Positions 51,801 to 60,398 of a stretch of DNA of 64,000 nt are shown piece after piece. The stretch is from Methanocaldococcus indicus (GTDB lineage Archaea; AGJL01; Methanococci; Methanococcales; Methanocaldococcaceae). Below the pieces are notes generated by a model. It worked only from the letters and a program-made list of their open reading frames with translations. It had not been told where the DNA came from and made no database searches. The stretch lies in the NCBI RefSeq assembly GCF_049554935.1, contig NZ_CP186926.1, forward strand, positions 1,216,001 to 1,280,000, read 5' to 3'. How positions within the stretch are numbered: the stretch's first letter is position 1; every line of letters starts with the position of its first letter. Both the position numbers and the translations under genes were made by a program.

Positions 51801-54800
51801 GATATTTATATTATTTGGGATTGAATCTAAAAATATAGTTAAATTATATATATTTTCATCAGTTAATTTAAATTCTCCAGTATTTTCAATAGTTTCTTTA
51901 GTCCCTAATAGTATGAAGTCCATACTTTTTAAGAGAAGTACATTGAAGTCTAATATATTAGGATATGTATATTCTTTCAACCTATCATATACTGAGGCTG
52001 TATCTGATAGAAGATTCAACACATCTTGGCTATATTCCATATTATCTTTTTCATTTTTGAACCAGTTTGAAATTTCTTTAAATGTATCGTAATTTTTTGC
52101 CAGTGCTTCTTCAAGAGGTAGTGTTTTCAAAATAATATAATATTTATTATAAGTCCTTAACTTGTATTTATCAGCTTTACATAGTTTATCTTCATAATCT
52201 GGATTATTTGAATCCCAATAATTACCTAAATATCCATAAGAATGTTCTTTTTCCCATGGTGTGTTTAATTCATATTCTACTATCTCTGGTGTATGGAGTA
52301 TTACTGAAGAAATATCATCAATTTCATTTGTATCGTAATTAATGTCATTAAGGTATATACTAATATTTTTGGAGTCTTTAATTGAGAAACCTACATGCCC
52401 TGATATATGATTTCTTAAGATTGATATATTATTTGAATCCTCGATAAGCACTCCACCCCTATTGTTATCCAGAGAATTTACATATTTTATTGTGTTATTA
52501 GATGAACAATAAATGTAGATTCCATTATTATTATTCAAGGTATTTACATTTGTTATTATGTTGTTGGATGACTTATATAAATGAATTCCATCACTATTGT
52601 CAAAAATATATGTATATTCTATTATATTATTAGACGAATCACTAAGGTATATTCCATATATATTATCAGAAACATTTACATTTGTTATTGTGTTGTTGGT
52701 TGAATATTCAAGGTAGATTCCCCTATCAAACTCCTTAACAGTCAAATTCTTTATTGTGACATTTTTATGGTTTTTAACATAAACTCCATAAGAAAAATCT
52801 CTATAATTCCCATCTAAAACCTTCTCATTACCATCCAATATAACATTGTCTGCATCTATTGTAATAGCTGTCTTATTCAAGTCAGTGCAAGAAGTATTCA
52901 ATATATAATAATAACCACTTTCATTTATTGTGTATGGTAATTTGTTGATGTATTTTATACCCTTAGCAACAAATATATTAAATGAAACAACATTATTGCT
53001 CTCATTTTCTTCAATTACATAGTTTCCATAATCAACGATTAATTTAATTGTAACTTCACCAATTTTCTTTGGGGTATAATTGTAATAAAATGTTTTTGGG
53101 AAATTTGTATCATTAATTTCTATTTTGGACAGAAGTTTATCATTTTCGAATATAGCAACATATGTAGGAAGTAAGTATTCGGATAAATTTGCATTTTTAT
53201 TTTCAACGGTAAAATTAAATTCTAAACTATGATTATATAGTAATACATTTGGTATAAGTTTTTTATTTAAATTAATCGCCAAATCAGGTCTTAGAATACT
53301 AACATTCGTAACATTTATTAGTAACTTGTAAGTGGAGTTATCACTGCAATTAACTAATATCCAATCTCCACAATTATCAGAATATCCGGATATGTTGACT
53401 ACAGTAATTCCAATATAATATTTTTTGAAGAGAGTTCCATATAATAATGAATGCACATAAACATATCCCTTGAAAGTACCTGATAATAGATAATCTTTAT
53501 AAATTGCAATTGCAGTAAATACATCATTAACATCAGATGGGAAGGTATATATTAGATTACCATTTAAATCAAAGAGGTATATATTTTTCTCTCCTGCAGC
53601 TATAAAGTAACCTTGAATTTTAGTTTTATTTTCAATACTTTCATTTTTAGTTTGATTTGGAATATAAGACAGTATTTTGAAAATAGTATCATTAAAAGTA
53701 TAATCCTTTTCTTTTATAGAATTATTTTCAATAATTGTTATTGATATATATCCTCCATTTACATAGATTATAGAGGTTGTATTATCTATATTATCTATAG
53801 ATATAGCACTTATATGCGGTTTAGTTAATAAAGTGTTGTTAGTTTCATTATTTGTATTTGTAGATGTATTGTTTTCATTCACATCTTTAGACCATATTAA
53901 CTTTCCATCTATAGTAAATACATATAATCTAGTTGCTGAACCTGCAACTACAAACCTATCATTAACATCGACTGTAGTAACAGGATATTCCATTGAATAA
54001 TTCCACAACAAACTACCATTTACATTAAAAACATACAACATATTACTACTACCAATTACAACATACTTTGAATAAATCTTAGCAGAATAAACGTAGCCAG
54101 TTTTGTAAGACCATAAAGTAGTATTAGCCAATTCATCTACAAAATAAGATGTATTCTTTAAATCACTATATACTGCATATTTGTCATTAGAGTATATTTT
54201 GTAAAGATTAGATTGCTGATTTGATACATTTTCTGTTGTATTTGCAATTCCATTTATTATGTAGTTTTCAACTGGCTTAATTAATGGATAATCATCAATG
54301 TTGTTGTATGGAGTATCTCCAATTCCATCTCCATCATTATCTGTTCCATTATAGTCAGAGTAGTAGTTTCCTAAGTAGTTTGTGTATGTTTTTCCGTTGT
54401 ATGTGTAGTTTATTGGTGTTGGTGAGTGGAATATGTTATTTTGTGAATCTCTAATACAAATATTGCCATCACTGTTGTTTATTATATTGCTTAAATATAT
54501 TATGTTTTTATTAGAGTTATTGTCAAGATAGATTCCATATTTATTATTCAAAACATTTGCATAAAATACGGTATTGTTAGATGACTGCCAAAGATCAATT
54601 CCACTATCTCCTTTATTATTTGAAGTAACTACATTTGTTATTATATTATTATGAGAATTATCAAGACCTATACCATTCTGACTATTATCTGAAACATTTG
54701 CATTAATTATTTTATTATATGAAGATTGCCAAAGAGATATTCCAGCCCAGCCGTAGTTATTTGAAGAAGTTACATTTTCTATTGTATTATTGTATGATAT

Positions 54801-56372
54801 AACAAGAGATATTCCCCAATCATTATTCGTTGCGATTATGTTAGCTATTGTGTTATTATTAGAAAACTCTTCAATGTAAAGTCCACTATAACAATTTGAA
54901 GTATTTATATTAGTTATTGTGCTATCAGAAGTCCCTGCAAGTTGTATTCCAAAACAAAATTCTTTAATATTAAAATTCTTTATTGTAATGTTTTTATGAT
55001 TATGTGAGTAAATCCCTACACCTGAACTGCTCCCAGACCCATCTAAAACCATTCCATTTCCATCTAATACAACATTATCCGCATCTATTGTTATTGCTGT
55101 CCCTATTAAATCATTACATAAAGTATTTAAGATATAATAACCGCTTTCATTTATTGTGTATGGTAGTGTGTTGATGTATTTTACTGTTTTATTTTCTTCT
55201 TCTGTTGTATTTGCAATTCCATTTATTATGTAGTTTTCAACTGGCTTAATTAATGGATAATCATCAATGTTGTTGTATAGAGTATCTCCAATTCCATCTC
55301 CATCATTATCTGTTCCATTATAGTCAGAGTAGTAGTTTCCTAAGTAGTTTGTGTATGTTTTTCCGTTGTATGTGTAGTTTATTGGTGTTGGTGAGTGGAA
55401 TATATTGTTTTCGGAATCAACAATATAGATATTATTTGTGTTGTTTATTAAGTTGTTTAGGTAGATTGTATTGTTGTTAGATGAAATTTCAAGACAAATT
55501 CCATCCTCATTATTATATGAAGCATTTACATTTATTATTGTGTTATTAGTTGAACTACCAAGGGAGATTCCAAAATTATTATTTAAAGCATTTACATTTG
55601 CTATTGTGTTGTTGGTTGAACTCCAAAGAGAGATTCCCTCACAATCATTATAAGCATTTACATTTGTTATTATACTATTTGATACATTGGAAAACTCTAC
55701 TCCAACGGATGTATTGTACAATTCAATATCTTTTACAGTTATATTATTACAGTTTATTGCTATAACTTGTCCCGGATTATATGAACTATCTATTACAACA
55801 TTTTCTTTATTTTCTAAATAAACCAATGGTTTTCCATTTACAGTATTGTTTTCTACTATGTTATTATATGCACAAATATCTAATCCGCAGTTTTCAAATG
55901 TGTTGTTTTCTACTATGTTATTGTATGAACCACAAATATCTAATCCGCAGTTTTCAAATATGTTGTTTATTATTGTGTTGTTATTAGAAAAATCTTCAAT
56001 GTAAATACCATCACCACAATTTGAAGTATTTATATTGGTTATTGTGATATCAGAAGTCCCTGCAAGTTGTATTCCAAAACCAAATTCTTGAATTATTAAA
56101 TTCTTTATTATAATGTTTTTGTGTTTATATATATAGATTCCATCCCATGAACCGTCTCCATCCAAAACCTTTCCATTACCATCCAATACAACATTATCTG
56201 CATCTATTGTTATTGCTGTTGTTGTTAGATTTTCACATGAAGTATTCAATATATAATATCCGCTTTCATTTATTGTGTATGGTAGTTGATTTATATAAGT
56301 TTCTCCACATACACTTCCTAATCCAATACTTAAAGCCAATATTGTTAGCAATACCGAAAGATACTTCTTCAT
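48810..56372 (-). CDS. Giant secreted surface protein: 3 NosD/CASH beta-helix modules, PQQ-like beta-propeller, CARDB, unknown core, Thr-rich linker, S-layer-type C-terminal domain
   Basis: Signal peptide; three modules starting YINxLPYTINESGYY.LNT.C...TAITIDADNV.LDGN with GI.L..S.NN.I repeats; G.LLW/G.LIW blades; RPDL...VDYGN.V.E.NESNN (CARDB); TTTNETTTPTP linker; GGPVANP...YPGKNKGVI...LAGSDRWGTKAA. Confidence 0.88.
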   Translation of the reverse strand: MKKYLSVLLTILALSIGLGSVCGETYINQLPYTINESGYYILNTSCENLTTTAITIDADNVVLDGNGKVLDGDGSWDGIYIYKHKNIIIKNLIIQEFGFGIQLAGTSDITITNINTSNCGDGIYIEDFSNNNTIINNIFENCGLDICGSYNNIVENNTFENCGLDICAYNNIVENNTVNGKPLVYLENKENVVIDSSYNPGQVIAINCNNITVKDIELYNTSVGVEFSNVSNSIITNVNAYNDCEGISLWSSTNNTIANVNALNNNFGISLGSSTNNTIINVNASYNNEDGICLEISSNNNTIYLNNLINNTNNIYIVDSENNIFHSPTPINYTYNGKTYTNYLGNYYSDYNGTDNDGDGIGDTLYNNIDDYPLIKPVENYIINGIANTTEEENKTVKYINTLPYTINESGYYILNTLCNDLIGTAITIDADNVVLDGNGMVLDGSGSSSGVGIYSHNHKNITIKNFNIKEFCFGIQLAGTSDSTITNINTSNCYSGLYIEEFSNNNTIANIIATNNDWGISLVISYNNTIENVTSSNNYGWAGISLWQSSYNKIINANVSDNSQNGIGLDNSHNNIITNVVTSNNKGDSGIDLWQSSNNTVFYANVLNNKYGIYLDNNSNKNIIYLSNIINNSDGNICIRDSQNNIFHSPTPINYTYNGKTYTNYLGNYYSDYNGTDNDGDGIGDTPYNNIDDYPLIKPVENYIINGIANTTENVSNQQSNLYKIYSNDKYAVYSDLKNTSYFVDELANTTLWSYKTGYVYSAKIYSKYVVIGSSNMLYVFNVNGSLLWNYSMEYPVTTVDVNDRFVVAGSATRLYVFTIDGKLIWSKDVNENNTSTNTNNETNNTLLTKPHISAISIDNIDNTTSIIYVNGGYISITIIENNSIKEKDYTFNDTIFKILSYIPNQTKNESIENKTKIQGYFIAAGEKNIYLFDLNGNLIYTFPSDVNDVFTAIAIYKDYLLSGTFKGYVYVHSLLYGTLFKKYYIGITVVNISGYSDNCGDWILVNCSDNSTYKLLINVTNVSILRPDLAINLNKKLIPNVLLYNHSLEFNFTVENKNANLSEYLLPTYVAIFENDKLLSKIEINDTNFPKTFYYNYTPKKIGEVTIKLIVDYGNYVIEENESNNVVSFNIFVAKGIKYINKLPYTINESGYYYILNTSCTDLNKTAITIDADNVILDGNEKVLDGNYRDFSYGVYVKNHKNVTIKNLTVKEFDRGIYLEYSTNNTITNVNVSDNIYGIYLSDSSNNIIEYTYIFDNSDGIHLYKSSNNIITNVNTLNNNNGIYIYCSSNNTIKYVNSLDNNRGGVLIEDSNNISILRNHISGHVGFSIKDSKNISIYLNDINYDTNEIDDISSVILHTPEIVEYELNTPWEKEHSYGYLGNYWDSNNPDYEDKLCKADKYKLRTYNKYYIILKTLPLEEALAKNYDTFKEISNWFKNEKDNMEYSQDVLNLLSDTASVYDRLKEYTYPNILDFNVLLLKSMDFILLGTKETIENTGEFKLTDENIYNLTIFLDSIPNNINISWKDIEIKRVSNDYYKVYDKNNNIWFDIKKEKDNYSIITNFTKSIYNGEYYTNYSYSPKITILIPEVVILSSSENKYYKMITSSSSDYYTKINGKQLHYSGKSGELEITPLFFNLKLGGKLDLGFASVNGNLIDITVLPIESRLKSGMSVELEAEKAIVKDLIKLSGSAEEFVGVEGNFNDPVQIIVLTCSTSLYTIYESIPIKLPFVGNIAKAAQVKVISLIPPEHRKDTYLMTDFDTSVGVSLNLSSCLNDIINIPGLGASGSIGSDFVIKQNVYPKLDPNYNFVVSHDVSINGDITDEMEYEKKLADIFSKTMNFSKTMNFIIDEIVSRLSVNAKLTSGSSATYTFIGYEISDPVNTTMPYAFNVTYLGDINYNYTKLGLKYVIFSNVTDNFSLMPVLSANNTIVAAQKYNITLNKGENIVTLNITGQYISFYNYTGNYTVGLIILKGEAPVYYNFTLGYTKSYDSEKFREVSVNVTIIPKCVDEDSNGLYDYINVTIICYPDNVTIEPMLFGKYYGSVIYYNPINISNNTGNLIIRGYYIKKLGGNFSLNLYVIKNNTLLSTVSKDIYIDPSKFESVLPTIISYRSYLENDTPTIEFKVKNVKDVPLNLSLLYIDLDYKVGIYSDKTRGTVTNVSDEYVTMTVHIPKSLFILSDCNTTEFSVALKYNGTTLDYLKDKDANFSIIPGIDIENVSIRYLKDYNYLQCNFSYTTIKPGNLTFIITFDSGNISIKKYVANNNSSLISTGIFVDYDLKKQLYENNLTVGIYGYINDVFEGYKIMSINITNYFTNTTTNVTTTNETTTPTPTYHITNTTTNVTTTNETTTPTPTYHISHSHPVSLRYTDVAKDIESFNIKKIVHNAKIIVGSEIDKDLSAKSLKDTCELINKPLEIKDDSILIGGPVANPLTKKYMDKFPVKISNEYPGKNKGVIEAIKLKVKVDENIYRDATVILLAGSDRWGTKAAVEYFKTLDDIPDKPIFVEWKNGKAVKIEKP
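49296..49427. repeat. Perfect 66-bp tandem duplication (2 copies) encoding the Thr-rich linker
   Basis: 49296-49361 equals 49362-49427; encodes TNTTTNVTTTNETTTPTPTYHI twice. Confidence 0.9.
54231..55403. repeat. 204-bp direct repeat (54231-54434 and 55200-55403) within the giant gene
   Basis: Identical except for one base, offset 969 bp. Encodes IFHSPTPINYTYNGKTYTNYLGNYYSDYNGTDNDGDGIGDT[P/L]YNNIDDYPLIKPVENYIINGIANTTE. Confidence 0.9.
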
Positions 56373-56483
56373 TACTTATCACCATTATCACTTTACAATT
56401 TTAAAGTAAAATATTAAAAAATAACAATAAATTCTTTTTATGAAGTCCTATATATAAATTACTATTCAACTCAAATAATGCAT

Positions 56484-56537
56484 ATTTAAATATTTATATA
56501 TAATTATTAAATTTAAATATTTATATATAATTATTAA
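56484..56537. promoter_or_regulatory. 27-bp perfect tandem duplication containing the TATA-like TTTATATA
   Basis: ATTTAAATATTTATATATAATTATTAA twice, in the divergent intergenic region between the giant gene and sua5. Confidence 0.6.
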
Positions 56538-56594
56538 AATGCTATTAAAAACTAATATAAAACAGAAGTTTTTAATCATATTTAAGGGAGATAT

Positions 56595-57215
56595 ATGGAA
56601 ATAATAAAGATTTATGAACTAAATGATGATAAAAGAAAAGAAGTTATTAATAACATAAAAAAAGAAATTTTAAGAGGAAAAATTATTATTTGTGGGACAG
56701 ATACAGTATATGGAATATCTGCTAATGCCTTAGATGAGAATGCTGTTAAAAGGGTATATGAGATTAAAAAAAGAGATTTCAATAAACCTATGTCTATCTG
56801 TTTAAGAGATATAAATGAAATTGAAAAATATGCACACATAAATGACTTAGCTAAAAAATTGTTTTCCTTACTTCCAGGACCTTTAACAATTGTATTAAAG
56901 AAAAAACCTATAATTCCTGATATAGTTGCTAAGGAATATATTGGAATTAGAGTTCCTGATGAAAATATTATGAGAGAGTTATGTGTAGTTCCTCTTACAA
57001 CTACATCAGCAAATATCTCTGGAAATGAACCAGCTTATAAGGTTGAAGATATAGATAATGAGGTTTTAGAGAAAGTTGATTATATAATAGATATAGGAGA
57101 GTGTAAATACAAAAAACCATCAACAGTAGTAAGGGTTTTAGATAATAATATAGAGTTATTAAGAGAGGGAGCTATTCCATTTAATAAAATTTTAAAGATA
57201 ATAAAACAAGGATGA
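56595..57215 (+). CDS. sua5: Threonylcarbamoyl-AMP synthase (Sua5/TsaC, short YrdC form)
   Basis: TDTVYGI, KKRDFNKP, PGPLT, GIRVP, TTSANISG, PSTVV, LREGA. Confidence 0.92.
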   Translation: MEIIKIYELNDDKRKEVINNIKKEILRGKIIICGTDTVYGISANALDENAVKRVYEIKKRDFNKPMSICLRDINEIEKYAHINDLAKKLFSLLPGPLTIVLKKKPIIPDIVAKEYIGIRVPDENIMRELCVVPLTTTSANISGNEPAYKVEDIDNEVLEKVDYIIDIGECKYKKPSTVVRVLDNNIELLREGAIPFNKILKIIKQG

Positions 57216-58825
57216 TTATGAAAGAGAAAGTTATTAGATGCATTATAGAAAAAATTTTAAAAGAAGTTAAAGAAGGGAAGAAAGTAGATAAAAAGAGAAT
57301 AGAACAAATAAAATCAGAATGTTTAAGAAAATATAGAATTGGGATAGGACATCCATCAGCATCTGAAATTTTAGAGTATGCAACAGAAGAAGAAAAAAAA
57401 ATATTAATTCCTATTTTAAGAAAAAAGCCTGTTAGAACATTATCAGGAGTTGCTGTTGTTGCTGTAATGACTTCTCCTGAGAAGTGTCCTCATGGAAAAT
57501 GTATTTTCTGCCCAGGAGGAAAAAATAGTGTATTTGGAGATGTGCCTCAAAGTTATACTGGAAGAGAGCCAGCTACTATGAGAGGTCTAATGTTTAATTT
57601 TAATCCTTATGAACAAACTAAAGCAAGAATAGAACAGTTAGAAAAAATAGGACATCCAACTGATAAAGTAGAGTTAATTATTATGGGAGGAACCTTCCCA
57701 GCAAGAGATATAGAATATCAAGATTGGTTTATAAAAGGATGTTTAGATGCATTAAATGAAAAAATAAGTAGAGATTTAGAAGAAGCTAAAAAATTAAATG
57801 AGAGAGCTAAACATAGATGTGTTGCTTTATGTATAGAAACAAGGCCAGATATTTGTGGAGAGAAAGAGATTAATCAAATGCTAAAATTGGGAACAACAAG
57901 AGTAGAGTTAGGAGTTCAAACTATCTACAATGAGATTTTAGAGTTTTGTAAGAGAGGGCACACTGTTGAAGACACTATAAGAGCTACTCAACTTTTAAAA
58001 GATTCTGGGTTAAAGGTATCTTATCATTTAATGCCAGGCCTTCCAGGAAGTGATATTGACAAAGATAAAGAGATGTTTAAAGAAATCTTTACAAATCCTG
58101 ACTTTATGCCTGATATGGTAAAGATATATCCTTGTTTAGTTATAGAAGGAACTGAACTTTATGAACTTTATAAAAAAGGATTATTTAAACCATATAGAGA
58201 AGAGGAAGCAATAGAAGTTATAGCTTATGCAAAATCTATAATGCCTAAATGGGTTAGAACTTCAAGGATACAGAGAGATATCCCTGCAACAGTTATAGTT
58301 GATGGTGTTAAAAAAAGTAATTTAGGAGAGTTAGTTTATAAATATTTAGAAAAGAAAGGTATAAAATGTAGATGTATAAGATGTAGGGAAGTAGGTCATG
58401 TAATGTATAAGAAAGGAATTACTCCTGAAATAGAAAATATAAAATTATGTAGAGAGGATTATGAAGCATCTGGAGGAGTTGAAATATTCTTATCTTATGA
58501 AGATGTTAAAAATGATATTCTAATAGGATTTTTAAGGTTAAGAGTTCCATATAAACCATTTAGAAAAGAGATTGATGATAGAACTTTATTAGTTAGACAA
58601 CTACATGTCTTTGGGCAAGAAAAGCCACTAACAAAAGATATAAAAGAGATAACTTGGCAACATAAAGGATATGGTAGAAAGTTGTTAGAAGAAGCTGAGA
58701 GGATAGCTAAGGAAGAGTTTGATGCTAAAAAACTATTAATAACAAGTGGTATTGGAGTAAGAGAATATTATAGAAAATTAGGTTATGAATTAGAAGGAGC
58801 GTATATGAAAAAAGAACTTCAATAG
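57212..58825 (+). CDS. elp3: tRNA uridine(34) acetyltransferase Elp3 (radical SAM + GNAT)
   Basis: KPVRTLSGVAVVAVM, CPHGKCIFCPGG, GGTF, ETRPD, RIQRDIP, CIRCREVG, QHKGYG, SGIGVREYY. Confidence 0.95.
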   Translation: MIMKEKVIRCIIEKILKEVKEGKKVDKKRIEQIKSECLRKYRIGIGHPSASEILEYATEEEKKILIPILRKKPVRTLSGVAVVAVMTSPEKCPHGKCIFCPGGKNSVFGDVPQSYTGREPATMRGLMFNFNPYEQTKARIEQLEKIGHPTDKVELIIMGGTFPARDIEYQDWFIKGCLDALNEKISRDLEEAKKLNERAKHRCVALCIETRPDICGEKEINQMLKLGTTRVELGVQTIYNEILEFCKRGHTVEDTIRATQLLKDSGLKVSYHLMPGLPGSDIDKDKEMFKEIFTNPDFMPDMVKIYPCLVIEGTELYELYKKGLFKPYREEEAIEVIAYAKSIMPKWVRTSRIQRDIPATVIVDGVKKSNLGELVYKYLEKKGIKCRCIRCREVGHVMYKKGITPEIENIKLCREDYEASGGVEIFLSYEDVKNDILIGFLRLRVPYKPFRKEIDDRTLLVRQLHVFGQEKPLTKDIKEITWQHKGYGRKLLEEAERIAKEEFDAKKLLITSGIGVREYYRKLGYELEGAYMKKELQ

Positions 58826-59334
58826 TATAGTACAACTCTTGACACAGATATATTTTTAGAGAGATAAACTGGCATGTGTATTGTGTAGTTAGAGTACTCA
58901 TTGAGTGCTTCATCAAAATCTAAATATCTATTTTTTGATATTTTTATTGTTGAGTAGTTTCCATAAATTACATACCATCCTTCACTTCTATTCAACACTA
59001 AAACAGCTACAACATACCTATCTCCATTATTTACATAAGATTTATTTATTAGCATATGCCCATCTATCTTAACCATATATCTATCTAAGTTTATTTTTTC
59101 CTCTAATAAATGTTTTGAAGTATTAACTTCTCCAAAATAATAGAGAAGGACAGCATTTTCCAATGTTCCATCATCTGCTAAAGTTTTTAAAGTTTCTATG
59201 GCTTTTGATAGCTTATAATCTTCTTTAACAGAATACACATAGTTGTTATTATATTCTGATAAATTTATACTCCAATATGTAAATCCAATTAGTAGTATTA
59301 TAGTTCCTAAAAATATGTCTATACTGTTTATCAT
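58819..59334 (-). CDS. Hypothetical membrane-anchored (pilin-like) protein
   Basis: N-terminal hydrophobic helix (SIDIFLGTIILLIG); overlaps the upstream gene by ATGA. Confidence 0.6.
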   Translation of the reverse strand: MINSIDIFLGTIILLIGFTYWSINLSEYNNNYVYSVKEDYKLSKAIETLKTLADDGTLENAVLLYYFGEVNTSKHLLEEKINLDRYMVKIDGHMLINKSYVNNGDRYVVAVLVLNRSEGWYVIYGNYSTIKISKNRYLDFDEALNEYSNYTIHMPVYLSKNISVSRVVLYY

Positions 59335-60146
59335 TGTCCCACAATAATAGTTACATTTCTTGGAGAGAGAGTTACAAAGTAAAATGTTGTTGATTCATTA
59401 GTATTTATTTCAAACTCTATAGGATAAGGACTTTTTAAAATTTCTATTTTATTTACCCCATTTTTTAAACTTGGAGTAATATCTATTTTTCTAAATTCTG
59501 TTGTTAGGTTTTTTGAATATAATTCCCCATTAACTTTAAATATGGCTGTTTCATTATTCAAAGCTTTTGCATATGTTGAAACAGCTTTTTTATCTAAATT
59601 AAAGTATATCCTATCTCCTTCACATCCATAAAGTTTTAAACTATTGTTATTTACAATCTTTTCTGTAATTTTTGGAATATACAACATTTCATTAAAGTAA
59701 ATCTTATCTCCTGATATTATATTTTTAGGAGGATTATATAATACATATACATTTGAATATATAGTGAAATTATTAGGGACAGTAATGTTAGATAAATTTA
59801 AATTTGGATTAATATTAAACATAGAATCATAACTATTTGGGTGAATTATAAACATAATATTTTTATCTGTAAAGTTGTTTATTGGGTCAAAAGTTCTCTC
59901 AGATATTGGTAAAGTTCTTGCAAAGGTTAAATAATCTTCTTCATATTCTCCTGGGAATGAGTATTTTTTAATAAAGTAGTCTTTTATTAACTCAGCTTTA
60001 TGAAATTTTTCTATATCCTTTTTTGTTTCTAAGGATGATAACAAATTATAATTTGAGAAATGATATACTATAAAAAATATCATTATTACCATAGATGCTG
60101 CTATAACTGCCTCCATAGTAAAAACATAACCTCTTTTAGATAACAT
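59331..60146 (-). CDS. Hypothetical protein with class III-like (pilin) signal peptide
   Basis: MLSKRG|YVFTMEAVIAASMVIMIFFIVY: basic residues, Gly, then a hydrophobic helix containing Glu. Confidence 0.6.
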   Translation of the reverse strand: MLSKRGYVFTMEAVIAASMVIMIFFIVYHFSNYNLLSSLETKKDIEKFHKAELIKDYFIKKYSFPGEYEEDYLTFARTLPISERTFDPINNFTDKNIMFIIHPNSYDSMFNINPNLNLSNITVPNNFTIYSNVYVLYNPPKNIISGDKIYFNEMLYIPKITEKIVNNNSLKLYGCEGDRIYFNLDKKAVSTYAKALNNETAIFKVNGELYSKNLTTEFRKIDITPSLKNGVNKIEILKSPYPIEFEINTNESTTFYFVTLSPRNVTIIVGQ

Positions 60147-60183
60147 AAATTATCACTTAATTTACAGATTTAAATAAAAATGG

Positions 60184-60198
60184 CGAAAAGTTTATATA
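60184..60198 (+). promoter_or_regulatory. BRE-TATA promoter of tRNA-Met
   Basis: CGAAAAG-TTTATATA ending 27 nt upstream of the tRNA 5' end. Confidence 0.75.
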
Positions 60199-60225
60199 TC
60201 ATTTCTACTTTTTAATTTTAATCGT

Positions 60226-60335
60226 GCCGAGGTGGCTTAGCTGGTTATAGCGCCCGGCTCATACGGATTTCCAGCGCTAAGCTGGGCTCCTGGGAAACCG
60301 GGAGGTCGGGGGTTCGAATCCCCCCCTCGGCACCA
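60226..60335 (+). tRNA. tRNA-Met (CAT, elongator) with 33-nt intron at 37/38 (60264-60296)
   Basis: Acceptor stem GCCGAGG/CCTCGGC, anticodon stem CCCGG/CCGGG, CAT at 60260-60262, T loop GGTTCGAATCC, encoded CCA, followed by a T-rich terminator. Confidence 0.93.
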
Positions 60336-60344
60336 TTTAGTAAT

Positions 60345-60382
60345 ATTTTATTTTTTTATTATTTTTTTCATTTTTATTTTTT
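60345..60382 (+). terminator. Oligo-T terminator tract downstream of tRNA-Met
   Basis: Several T5-T7 runs immediately after the tRNA. Confidence 0.55.
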
Positions 60383-60398
60383 GGTTATTATAATTCTT

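Noticed and set aside
31244-60335. Integrated element at either tRNA
   Set aside because: No duplicated tRNA 3' end (att site) or integrase was found; the flanking genes are housekeeping.
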